Shown here: piece after piece, positions 37,098-49,500 of the stretch
Layout of the letters: every line of letters begins with the position of its first letter
How positions within the stretch are numbered: the first letter of the stretch is position 1
Source: Mustelus asterias
Taxonomy: Eukaryota
DNA: 64,000 bases
Reading direction: 5' to 3'
Assembly (NCBI RefSeq): GCF_964213995.1
Contig: NC_135815.1
Coordinates: forward strand, 75,392,001-75,456,000
Notes under the pieces: model-generated
The model's input: the letters and a program-made list of their open reading frames with translations, nothing else
Told to the model about the DNA's origin: nothing
Database searches by the model: none
Program-made: the position numbers and the translations under genes

Positions 37098-37397
37098 TGT
37101 TAGAATGTAACAAATGATAACATTGGATCTGTTGTAGTGTGACCAATGGTAACATGCTGTAAGGGTCAGCTGACCCAGCAAACTATGTAACCAATGACAA
37201 AATGATGTGATGGTCAGCTGACCATACAGTATTAATAAGAAGCTGCTGGGGGTTGTGGGAGCTTGGAATGGTCTAGGGTGAGGTGCCAAGTGTTGTAATG
37301 AAATTTCTTTATTAAACCTTTATCTTTGATTTATAAGTTGGAATAAATCTTTTATTTTATTGCCTACAACTTAAGAGTTCCTTCTGGTGGATCAACA
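37098..37397 (+). mobile_element. Solo LTR, 300 bp
   Basis: TGTT...AACA termini, 5-bp TSD GAATC (37093-37097 / 37398-37402), internal repeated GGTCAGCTGACC palindrome and AATAAA. Confidence 0.75.
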
Positions 37398-40300
37398 GAA
37401 TCCTCTGGTGCCTTGGCATATATAACTAAATAAGTTTTTGTTCACTTTTTTGATCACATTACTGAATAGTATACCTATATACTAAATCATGTGAAGTCAG
37501 TGAGTTAGAAGTGATTAAAGATATTGGAGCTGAAAAATGCAATGTAAGATTAGAAAATACTCAATGTTAGCTTTGTTGAGAACATATAATGTATAATGAT
37601 TACTTTGCTGAACAAAAAATTTAATGTGACAAGGTGTAAAAACTGCATTTTTGTAGAATGGATATTCATTGCACAGTTTGTGTTCTCTTCCCACAATAGA
37701 AAACATTTGATTATATCATTGTTTTTTCTTCAGTATATCCAATGTGAACTTTTTCAAGTCAGGATATAAATGAGTTAGGTGTGGCATTTGCAAAACCCAT
37801 TTGAGTTGGAGGAAGAAAGACCTCCATTTGTAGCTTTGTTCTTTCATATTGTGAAAAAGCAGCAGTACTCTGATTCGAGTTTATATTGCAGAGTGCAGAA
37901 GTGAGTGTTTTACCTGTGATAAAGAAGTTTGGTCAAATTTTGCTCTCTCAGCTCGTGTCTAAATTGAAGCAAACCAATCATTTGAGTTTGTTACTTGTTC
38001 AGATTCAGTGGATCATCAAAAAGAGATCCACTCAGAAATAAAGATTGATCAGAGAGCTTTCTAGGCTCCAAGGTGGAATCAAGTTTCACTCAAGTCAAAA
38101 AAGACAGTTTCCTATTCAAGTACTAAAGAACCCTCAAGTGAGCTGCTTTGATCTGTACCTACAAGCTGTAAAAATATACCATACTTATAAACAGTTAGAA
38201 CCAGTGGAATTCTAACATTCCAGAGAATCTTTAAACCCACCAAGTAGGAAGTTACCTGAGCTCAATCGATGTTGCAACTGGGCTTCTCTACACCAGAAAC
38301 AATACCAGAAAAATGCTCAAAATATTGTTTTTGACAAAAGCATCAAATACGAAACATTGATCCATTCTCTCTGTAGATACTACCTGACTCGTTGAGCATT
38401 TCCAACATTTTTGCTTTGATTTTCAGTCTAATTTTTAAAATTATTCTTCCTCCCTAATTTGGACAGCAGTATGTATCTGAATGCACCTCCAGTGCCCCAA
38501 CAGTTTTTGATTGTATGATATCTTGAACTGGGCTTTTCTTTCCTCAATCATGTGGCCATTTCAGATATATTTAAAAAGATGAATGTAGAAACTTGTTTTT
38601 CCTTCAGGTGTAATTTCTAGTTAATACTACAAGGAAATAATAAACAGTACAGGATGTTCATAAGCATGAGATTTTCAAATAGATTCCTATTTTTTTATTT
38701 CTGTGACCTCCCATTCAAACAAACACACTGTATTATGTCACATTGGAGTATGATCTGTACTTTATTCTTTGACTAAGACCTGTGTACTTTATTCTTGACT
38801 AAGACCTGTGAACATGGAGCAAGATTTTATGCTTCCTTCAAGGGGGGGGGGGGGGTGTAAAATCAAATAGATGAGATTTTCACCATGAACCCCCCCTGCC
38901 CCACCCAAACCCAGGTGCAATTTCAGGCTTGGGTGGGCTTCACCTATTAAGGCACTTAAGATCCTTTCTCCTGCCCAGCCTCAATTATTAGGCTGACAGA
39001 AGTGGGAGCAGGTACGGATAGGATGGGAAACAGATCTTTTCTCCATCTTCGGTGGGAATTGTTGGGTGGGGCTCAATCTGAAGAGTTGGGACACCCTTCT
39101 GGGACCTTGGGGCTGTGAGCTTTCTCCCCCCCCCCCCCCCCCCCCCTCTCCAATGGCTATCTCTGATGCTTCCCCGCAACCAAAGCATTCCTTAACCCTC
39201 CTCCCCTGGGGACATATCTCCAATGATCCTGGGGCTTACTCCCAGACAGACCACTGAAGTATCACTTCTGGTCACTGCAGCACTGTGCCTGGCTGGGTTG
39301 GTGAGCTCTTGGCTGATCTGATTGACAGCTCTCCCGGGCAGGACCTCTTTGCAAGAATGGGTAGAAGTCCTGCCCACTATCAATCAATGCTCAAGTGAGT
39401 TTTAAAGCAGTGGGTTTCTGTGCCGATTGCACGCCATCCTTATAATTCGACCCATGACATATATAAAAGGAAAATTTACTGAACGCATTCCTAAAAAAAT
39501 CAGAAAAATTACCATGGAATGGTGAAATGTTTCATATATTAAAATGCATTTACAGATTCCCAAAACATTTAAGTAGAGCAGCATGTGAATATTATTTTCC
39601 TGCCAGAACCTTAGGTTAGGTTGTATAATGCAACATAAATAGACAACACTACAAAATATTTTGAACTAATTTAACATTGCTCTTGCTGCAGTGCTTCTTA
39701 AAATCTCTCAGCAAACTAGATAACAGTTACACTCTGACCTATGGGAGAAGAGAATGATTCAACAGGTTGCCCATTAACTTCTGAGACCTATCTTTGAATG
39801 CAGCTCAGATTAATGGAATAAACATTTCCTCTATCTGCTGGCTGCAAAGCTCCTTCCTGACCCACAGTTATTAAGGTCAATTATAGTGCCCCATCACTGC
39901 CCTAGCTAAGTCAGCACAGAAACAGGAATTGAACCTGGGCCCTCCCTAATCAGCATAGATCAAGTACTTGTCTTCCATGAGATTTTAATGTGAAGTACAA
40001 AATAAAATTGATCAGAAATTTGCTGTACAATATTATGAAATATGTACCTTGTGTTCTGAAAGATAAATCAAATAAAAAGGATCAAGATGGACAGTGATCT
40101 CATGTAATCTGACCTGTGTTTGGTGTCATATACATCTATACAGTGATGTAATTGTTGAGGTTTCCAAAGATGAGAGGGTTTCATTATCCATCACACAGAT
40201 TAAACCCAGAAGAACCTATTTGATTTAGTTTATGATTTTGTGATTAGTGTTTTGATATTTTCACAAAACCTGGTTCATGTCCACTTAGTTCGTCAATTTC

Positions 40301-41577
40301 TATCGTGATATTATTGACCAATAATTTTTAGTGAAGATCTATACAAGTTGGTACACAGGGTTTGCAGATGTGTTGGGTGGTGTACAAGATGTCAAAGTTG
40401 GCAAAGCAAATTCATTGGAAAAACCCAGCATTGGAAGGAGCAGACTATAGTGACATTCATTACTATCTATAATTCCAAGCACAAGTTGTTTTCAGTTTTT
40501 TTTCCCTACTAAGTGCAGTTAAAGAACATTAAAATCAAAAATGTATTACACTATTTCATAGTAGAGCAAAGTTACTTGGCTTTTGTGAGGTTACAAGCAC
40601 ATAAGCTTAATTTGGAGTTGGCTTTCTAGATCATTGAGTTTAGAAAACTAGGACGTAATACTTGGGGAATCTGTGTATCCTTTTGATTTCAAAACTCTGA
40701 CTATAAAACATCAAACTGAGATTGAATTGGGTCAAAGGTTATTATTTCTCGATATTTTGTGGTTTAGTAAATCCATTTTATCAATCATCCCTTCAGTACT
40801 GATTATATATTTGGGTAGATGTTGTGCTGCCCCTTTTTTAAGAGTCTAGTCACGTGTTTAGTTTGCGACATCATCGGCTGCTTCGTGAGCTGTTAGTCAG
40901 TCGACTCCAAGCCTTCATACAGCCTCCAACAACTTCTCAACCCATGTGTTGCAACTCCATATTCTTTTATCCTTACAAGTGCAACATAGACTCTAAGTCT
41001 ATCAGTATTGTATATGTTGTAAAGTCATAAATGGAGGGACCATCTCAAAGGCAGAATCCAGGGAATTGTAGCTATAATTAAATAAATACTAGCCTGACTG
41101 AGCTATTTTGGTTTGCAACAAATAGGAATTAAATATTCATTTAGATTTAATGATCTTATTGGTTGGCAATCTTAAAATATGCATGTTTACTTAAGTTACT
41201 GTACTTGATGTAGTTCAGGAAACCAGACAAACTTCAAATACTATCAACAGTCTTATTTAGATTCAAAATAATCAGTACCCTTCACTGAGTTAGTAGGTTT
41301 TTCTGTATCTATTTAGCAGCACTTTCTGTATCAATTTGAGTTGGCAGTTTTGCTGGTATAGTTAGCCAAATTATTTTATAATTAACGTTATGGTTTACAT
41401 TAACTAAATACTTCAAGTACTTTGGTCAAGTTCACTGCACAATTTGTACTATTTAGAGATTAAATTAGTTCCATTTACCGACTGGCACAACATATGAAAT
41501 CTCTCATGAAGCTCTGGAATGGTGAGATTGAGTCCCTTCCTTACTGAAATCAGAGACATTGCATAGAATTTTAACTC

Positions 41578-43008
41578 AGTAAGAGTTTTAACAACACCAG
41601 GTTAAAGTCCAACAGGTTTATTTGGCAGCAAATACCATAAGCTTTTGGAGCGCTGCTCCTTCGTCAGATGGAGTGGAAATGTGCTCTCAAACAGTGCACA
41701 GAGACACAAAATCAAGTTACAGAATACTGATTAGAATGTGAATCCCTACAACCAGCCAGGTCTTAAAGATACAGACAATGTGGGTGGAGGGAGCATTAAG
41801 CACAGGTTAAAGAGATGTGTATTGTCTCCAGACAGGACAGCCTGCAAGTCCAGGAGGCAAGCTGTGGGGGTTACTGATAATGTGACATAAATCCAACATC
41901 CTGGTTTAGGCCGTCCTCATGTGTGTGGAACTTGGCTATCAGTTTCTGCTCAGCGACTCTGCGCAGTCGTGTGTCGTGAAGGAGAGCGCTTACCTGAAGA
42001 TCCGAGGCTGAATGCCCGTGACTGCTGAAGTGCTCCTCCACAGGAAGAGAACAGTCTTGCCTGGTGATTGTCGAGCGGTGTTCATTCATCCGTTGTCGTA
42101 GCGTCTGCATGGTTTCCCCAATGTACCATGCCTCGGGGCATCCTTTCCTGCAGCGTATCAGGTAGACAACGTTGGCCGAGTTGCAAGAGTAGGTACCGTG
42201 TACCTGGTATATGGTGTTCTCACGTGAGATGATGGCATCCGTGTCGATGATCCGGCACATCTTGCAGAGGTTGCTGTGGCAGGGTTGTGTGGTGTCGTGG
42301 TCACTGTTCTCCTGAAGGCTGGGTCGTTTGCTGCGGACAATGGTCTGTTTGAGGTTGCGCGGTTGTTTGAAGGCAAGAAGTGGGGATGGCCTTGGCGAGA
42401 TGTTCGTCTTCATCAATGACACGTTGAAGGCTCTGGAAGAGATGCCATAGCTTCTCCGCTCCAGGAAGTACTGTACTGGACTGTCCCGTGTTTGTCTTCT
42501 GAGGAGGTTGGTGCGGTTTTTCGCTGTGGCGCGTCGGAACTGTTGATCGATGAGTCGAGCGCCATATCCTGTTCTTATGAGGGCATCTTTCAGCGTCTGG
42601 AGGTGTCTGTTGTGATCCTCCTCATCCGAGCAGATCCTGTGTATTCGGAGGGCTTGTCCGTAGGAAATGGCTTCTTTAACGTGTTTAGGGTGGAAGCTGG
42701 AGAAGTGGAGCATCATGAGGTTATCCGTGGGCAGAGACTCACTAACTGTCCTGGCTGGAGACAATACACATCTCTTTAACGTGTGCTTAACCCTCTCTCC
42801 ACTCACATTGTCTGTACCTTCAAGACTTAATTACCTGTAAAGACTCGCATTCCAACCATTATTTTGTAAATTGAGTTTGTCTTTATATGCCCTGTTTGTG
42901 AACACAACTCCCACTCACCTGATGAAGGAGCAGCACTCTGAAAGCTTGTGGCTTGTGCTACCAAATAAACCTGTTGGACTTTAACCTGGTGTTGTGAGAC
43001 TTCTTACT
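41578..43008 (-). mobile_element. Penelope-like element: RT C-terminus, GIY-YIG endonuclease and pseudo-LTR, with an inverted pseudo-LTR at the truncated 5' end
   Basis: ORF 41871-42806 has SSFHPKHVKEAISYGQALRIHRICS and NVVYLIRCRKGCPEAWYIGETMQTLRQRMNEHR. Termini AGTAAGAG...AACACCAGGTTAAAGTCCAACAGG and its inverse. Confidence 0.92.
42916..42950 (+). ncRNA. Minimal type I hammerhead ribozyme motif in a PLE pseudo-LTR
   Basis: CAC-CTGATGA-A-GGAG-cagca-CTCT-GAAA-GCTT-GTG, with intact core boxes. Confidence 0.78.
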
Positions 43009-43680
43009 GTACAGACAATTTCCCAGCTGATCACTTGCCAAGGCTGCCATCATTCTATCCATTTTGATACTTGATGAGGTCATTCATACAGAGCTCTCGC
43101 ATTTGCTGCAGTGGCTGGATTCGCCAGGGGCAGGGAGGAACTGACTGCACAAAAGAGGCAATCAAGGTGCCTTCACATCTTCCTTGACTATTTATCAATC
43201 AGAAAAAATACAACTAACATGTGATCAGGAAGGTTTTCATGCATGTTCTGCATGACAACCTGGAAGCTACCATAATTCCTTTGCTCTATACTCAAACTGG
43301 GATGTGCAAAAAGAGTGGAATTTTGGGCCTTGGATTTCACAATTGTAGATAGTGCAGCAGTAGGAGCTGGCACGGATTTGTGCTCCAGGGTACAGATAAG
43401 TAATTAGGTAAGATCAAACGGATCTGGAGAAGTAAAGGCTAGACCTCTGAATGAAACCTGAAGACAGTCAGGGGTTGGCTTGCAATCGAAGGACTGTTGT
43501 AGGTTGATAAAGGACATTATGGGGATCTGCAATGGAGTCAGGACCAGAACATTATAAAAGGTTCAATAGAGCTCCCTGATTTTTGTGCTCGAATTTTTAG
43601 GATGGCAGGGGAACAGTGGGGAACACATCCCTGCCTCTTCCAACAGCCTCGATGCCATATTACACTCTAATGAGCCTTGA

Positions 43681-44480
43681 TTGGCATTAGGTGGGATTTC
43701 TGCCCTCAGTCATGTCCCTTTGCGACTCCAGGCCTCGAGCAGAGACCTCTGCAGCATCCTCCAGTCCTCTGCACACAAGTGCATCCGTAAGGTGACAGAT
43801 GCCCTGTGCGCCTGGGCAGGCCACTACATGCACTTTAACCTGACCCAGGCCCAACAGGATGCCCGGGCTGCAGGCTTTGCCACCATCAACAGGATGCCCC
43901 ATGTGCAGGGGGCTATCGACAGAATGCACCTTGCCCTGTGGGCCCCATGGAATCCCTTTATTAATTGGAAGGGGTTCCACTCCCTTACCGTCCAGATTTT
44001 GTGTGACCACCTGCTGAACATCATGCAGATATGTGCACACAACCCAGGGAGCAAGCACGACGGCTACATCCTTAGGAGCTTGTGCATTCCCAGCGTCTTT
44101 GAGGACCACCCCAGACTGCAGGGAGGGCTCATGGACAAAGGCTGAGGTCATTGGTTGATGATGCCAGTGTGGAGGCCTGAGACCGAGGAGGCCACATGTT
44201 GCCATATGATCCGTCATCCAGCGGTCCACCGGGCTCTTGAAGATGTGATTCCGCTCCCTGGACCGCTTTGGCGGTGCACTACTGTACAGCTCCCTGAGGG
44301 TCTCCAGCATAGTGTTGGTCTGTTGTGTGCTCCACAACCTGGCGCAGCAGTGGGGAGACATCCTGGAGAAGGAAGAGGACAGTACAGACACCCTGCGAAG
44401 GACAAGGCCCAGGAGGACCCGGAGGATGGAGGACAGACGGCGAGGGAGGCTCTCATCATCGCAAGGTTCTCCCACTCGGT
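43681..44480 (+). mobile_element. Harbinger (HARBI1-like, DDE_Tnp_4) transposase pseudogene fragment
   Basis: SSAHKCIRKVTDAL, PHVQGAIDRMH, FINWKGFHSLTVQ, PGSKHDGYIL, LMDKG*, LKM*FRSLD and VCCVLHNLA motifs, with stops and frameshifts. Confidence 0.88.
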
Positions 44481-44966
44481 GGTGTGGGTTCCAGCAGCTA
44501 CAACCCCCTGCCAGTCTCTCAGGGCTGGAATTGAATCCTGACACTAAGGCAGTAGTGTTAACCCCATGGTGGTTTCAGGCAGCCCTGTAATAAACATCTG
44601 CATTCCTGCCTGTCAGCTGTGAAAATTTGGAAGTGGGCCTGGTCATTTTAACCTCCATGCTCCCTGGTCACCTGACAGGCTTTTATATCATTGCAGCACT
44701 CAATTTTGCCGCAGAGGTTTCGCACTTTCCCTTTCAGAAGCTACTAGTGTGAGAAGACTCTGTTGACGTCCTCTGGCAGAGAGAATATGTCAATTTCACC
44801 GGGAGGAGGGGTGGGGGGGGGGGGCAGTAGCAGCTCCATTCTGTACAACTGTGCACTCAATGTATGCACACAGCTTTGATTTGATGTCTCTGAGGCTTCC
44901 TAGACAGTTGAATTCTTTTGACATCCTCTCCATTCCAATTGATCCCTTTGAACTCCAACAAATTCA

Positions 44967-45122
44967 ATGTGCAGTGTTTTGAGAAAGATTCCACTGACAG
45001 CTCAATGGATTTCCATAATCTTCCAACCACCTGTGTTTATGTTCATGTGCAGTGTTTTGAGAAAGATTCCTTTGACAGCTTGATGGATTTCTATCATCCT
45101 CCAGCCACCTGTGTTTATGTTC
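44967..45122. repeat. Tandem duplication, 2 x 78 bp
   Basis: Units 44967-45044 and 45045-45122 both run ATGTGCAGTGTTTTGAGAAAGATTCC...CCACCTGTGTTTATGTTC, with a few substitutions. Confidence 0.9.
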
Positions 45123-48100
45123 ATTTTCCTTTATGCTTGAATGAATCTGAAGTACCCCAGTGATCCTGACTGCAAAGTTGACACTGATTGACAGCCTGTA
45201 GTTTCTTCAAAATGATTATGGTTTGCAAAAGAGGAAGTAATACCATTGGCTATCAATCAGGGGATAGGATGTGGGTGTCACTGGCAAGGCCAGCATTTGT
45301 TGCCCATTTCCAATTGCCCTTGAACTGAATGGCTTACCATACCATTTACAGAGGGCAATGTCCCCAGAGGATTAACCTGAGCCTCTGGATTACTAGTTCA
45401 ATGATGTTACAACAATGCCATTGTCTCCTTTGTACAACAGATTGAGCTGCTAACAAAGTAAACTGGGAATAGAGTTAATACTTTTAAAACACAGATCAAG
45501 TGTGGAAAGTTAAGGAAGTGTTAAGTAAATTAACTGAGGCTAGAAAGCTAAATGTTCAATGATTTATTCTTCAGGGGTTATTGAATTTTAAAATAAATAC
45601 ATTAATAAATAGCAATTTTCAGTATGTGATTAAAAGTGCATATATTAAAAAGTAAATAAAATTTAGAAAGAAGTAGGAAAATTAAACCGAATACCATAAC
45701 ATTTTCCAAAATTAATAAAATGAAAGTCATCTGATAATCACCATTTAGTATTAAAGATGAATCAATTATCTCTGGAACTAGAAAGATAATAACTCATGTA
45801 TTATAAAAATAAAGAGTTCTATACATGAATGCATGTAGCAGAAGAAATAAAACAAATGTGTTAGAAGCACAAACTCAGCCTAAAGGGTATGATGTAGCAG
45901 CATAGGCTGAGCATGAATGGGAGATAAATATTCCAGGCTATAGGATTGCAAGAAAGGACTGGGAAATTGCCTCTCTCCTTTCCCAATGTTGATTAAAAAC
46001 ATAACCACAACAGTGAAAAGAAAGTACTTCAGTCAGTGTGAACATGCAGTGGAAATGGTATAGGTAGAATAAAGGAACAGCAAAAGGATACAAGACAATG
46101 ATTGATAGAAGTTCTCTACAGACCTCAGGCACAATTCACCCAAATTGGAACTAAGTGCCCATGCCACTGGGAAAACAAAAGTGTTTCCCACTGGCGCTGG
46201 CAGCGTCTGTCAAATGGGATCCACCCACCTGAAAGATGCAAATGAACTAATCTCTGGGAACCTGCCGGCCAACCCCTCTGTGGGCGACCCAATCTCCGTG
46301 CTTGGAGACAGACCCCCTCCCCCTAAAAATGGAAATGGTGCTCCCCTGCTGACCAGGGGAGCACCACCAACCCCTCACCAAAGAGGGACATCCTTCGCCC
46401 CCCCCACCCATATATAACCAGTAACCACCCCCCTCCCCACAACACTCAGGTACAAGAGTGACCCGAGCTGACCCCCCCCCCCTCAACAAAATTATCTTAT
46501 GCCCCTTTTCAACTCACAGCAAAACCTTCATCTTGCTATGTGATGAGCTGCTACTGATGGCATGACTGTGGACCTCTTGCTTTCCACTCCTAGCCTTATT
46601 TCTCTTATGCCAATCTTCTCCCTTTGAGTTCCTGCTTTCACATACCAATTGCAGCCTGTCCTGCTACATTAATTCCAGGAGGAAGAAAAAGAGCAACAAC
46701 TCAGCACTAAAGAAAAGGCCCAATCACTTTATCTGACACTCTAAACCATCAACTCAGATACTAGAACCTATGGATCTTGGAGGCTAGTTTGAGTTGGGAT
46801 CAGTATGTGATGAGGTATCTGGGCATGAGTAGCCTGCAGTCAGGCCAAGGGTAAAAGATAGTTCATGTGTCAGCTCACTGGAGGGCTACAGAGGACTCAG
46901 ATGAGGACTTTGGTGGTGCAGCATCGTGACAGCACTGATGAACATGGACACAGATGTTAGGTGCATTGGATGGTCCATCAGACAGCCTCTTGTCAATGTT
47001 GAAGAGCATGTAAGAGCCTGGCCCCAACTTAGCAGAGGGCATGACATGGAAGTTGCCCTCTTCCCAGCCTCTGCTTCATTTCCCTGTCATCTTGCAGACA
47101 CAGATGCACTGTCACTACTTCTCCTACTTGTTGCAGCCTTTGTATGGACAGTTCATTGACTCTTCTGCCACCCAATGAGGATGTTGCACTATTCACTGGA
47201 AAATTTAGAACTCAGCACAAATCCTCCAGACATTTTATGATGGAAAAAGTTCAAAATTATAAGTTTACATGCAATTATGGTGCTTGTTGGCTCTTTAAAT
47301 AACATTTGTGAAATCCCATCATGCAGGTTCACGTTTGTCTTGTTCTCCTGAGTAAACAACAAACCTATTTGCTGTACATTTATTGTTCAAATTTGGAACC
47401 TTAATGTCATATCAGCTGGTTCAGCTGTGTGATGTCAGGTTTGCGCTGAATTAACATCATCTGATACGTGTATGGGATGCATCTGCATGAACTTTTAATC
47501 TCAAAAGATAGCACATGGGTCACACAAAGATGCTGGCATTGTGGACCACATTTGAAAAATGGTAGAACTGTGCACATCAAATTTGCAGCCATAATGTCCT
47601 AGAACCAATTAGACAATTTAGTGATGAGCAATGAACCAAAATTAATTATCTGACTAATTATAATAAGATTAAATTTGATAGCAGGTTTGAGCAGAAGAAA
47701 CAGGAGTCACAATCCTGTGCTGAGGTTGGGTACAGAACCTCAGCAAAAATACATTAGCTTTGGAGTGAGATTCATGAAAATTATACTATGGTTTAGAGGT
47801 TAAATTATGAGGACAGGATGCATAAACTTGATCTGTATCCTCTTTAGGATAGAAAATCGAAGGATGATCTAATTGAGGTGTTTAAGATTATTAAGGGATT
47901 CACTAGAGTAGGAAAATAAATTATTTTGGAACAAAGGAGTAAATCTTAGAATTAAGCCATTCAGGAATCAGGGAGCAATTTTTCACATGAAGAGCAGATA
48001 CGAGAATTTTCGACAGAGTGTGACAGATTATTTGGTAGTTTAAGGGATATGGATCAAATGTGAGTAAATGGAGTTGAGGTGTCGATGAACCATGATCTGA

Positions 48101-49328
48101 CTGATGGGCTGAATGGCCTGCTCCTGTTCTAATGTTCCATTTCATAATATTTTGTGCTTTAAATACTGGTCCAAAATATTCAGCGTCAACACTTTGTTAA
48201 TAGATTAGTCACCATGTGGCATCTTTTCAACATTAAATAGGTCCATTAAGTAGCTTTGCTCAAGGTGAGCAGGCACAAACATCTATTGAAAGGGCATTAC
48301 TATATCAGTCAGGATTTAATGTGGGCAATGAATGTCTTGCCCACCAGTTGGAGAACAGGTGAAATCAGAGTGCAGAAGAGGCCATTCGACTCATGGTGTC
48401 TGCACCGACTCTCTGATAGAGTATCTTACCCAAACCCTCTCCCTGTAACCTCACACATTTACCATGGCTAATTCATCTTGGGACCCTAAGGGGCAATTTA
48501 GTATAGCCAATCCACATAATTTACACACCTTTGGGAGGAAGCCGGAGCACCTCTAAGTTCTGCATCACTTTTCTCTGGGAGCCCGAAGCTATTCCATTTC
48601 AATGAGGCACTTACCTGAACAGCATTAGGGTTCACGTCCAATAAAGTCCGCAGAAAGCTCCACTCCCAAGAGCTGCTCCCTAATCAGAAGCCAGCAGTTC
48701 TCAAAGACAAGAAGCATCATAGGGAGTAGTGACCACTGCCAATATTAAAATGGATCCCTGGAGAGAGGTGAGTGTTGGCAGGGTGGGGGTTGCAGGGAGG
48801 GGAGGACAATGGTGAGGAGTGTGGTGGTGGCTGGAAGTAAAAGCAGGAGCATGGCCTGCAGATCCCCTTTCCTGATTCCAAAACTGTTGATTGTGCCCAG
48901 AGTGGCCATGAATGAGGGTGCTGGAGAACCTGACAGTGTTTGCTGGACAACCTCTCCAGGTGATGAGCCCCTTGGTTGAATACTTTTAGAGGTGGGATGA
49001 AGCCCATAAATGGCCACTCAATTGGTCTCCAGGCAGTATGGCTGAATACATGCCTTACCACCTGGACCTGATTAGAGAGAGGCAGGAGGCGGTATAAGGG
49101 TAGCAGGATCTCCACCACTTATCCTCTCTCCTAATCACACCCGCCCCCCCAAACTCACCTGGTGCAGGAGCATTATATTCCACTCACCATTTAATTTACT
49201 TTAAAAAACATAAGAAAGCAAGCATGTAGGAAATGTAACTCAAGAACAGATCCTATATTTGAGATTTTATTGGTTTTACTCATTGTTATGAGAAAACACA
49301 TCTTTAAGGGGTCATTGTTTTCTTGCAG

Positions 49329-49500
49329 GTGGAGATTGAGAAATTAGACTACCACCATTATCTGCCTCTGTTCTTTGATGGTCTCTGTGATACTACGCAC
49401 CCATATGACTTCTTTGCACGGCAGGGGATACATGACATGCTGGAACATGGTGGCATGAAGATTCTTCCCGTTATCCCTCAGCTAATCATCCCAATAAAAA
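49329..49500 (+). CDS. PACRG: Internal coding exon of Parkin co-regulated gene protein (probably equivalent to mammalian exon 3), 172 nt, starts in phase 0, ends in phase 1
   Basis: Translates to [57 protein letters not shown], which I recognise as the conserved PACRG core. Acceptor is ttgttttcttgcAG (AG at 49327-49328) and donor is GTaaga at 49501. Confidence 0.96.

Noticed and set aside
43681-44544. Domesticated HARBI1 gene, or the 285-aa antisense ORF as a real protein
   Set aside because: The transposase frame has stops and frameshifts. The minus-strand ORF is the shadow of a GC-rich coding relic and has no recognisable motifs.
44967-45122. CRISPR-like repeat array
   Set aside because: Only two adjacent units, no spacers, and a vertebrate context.
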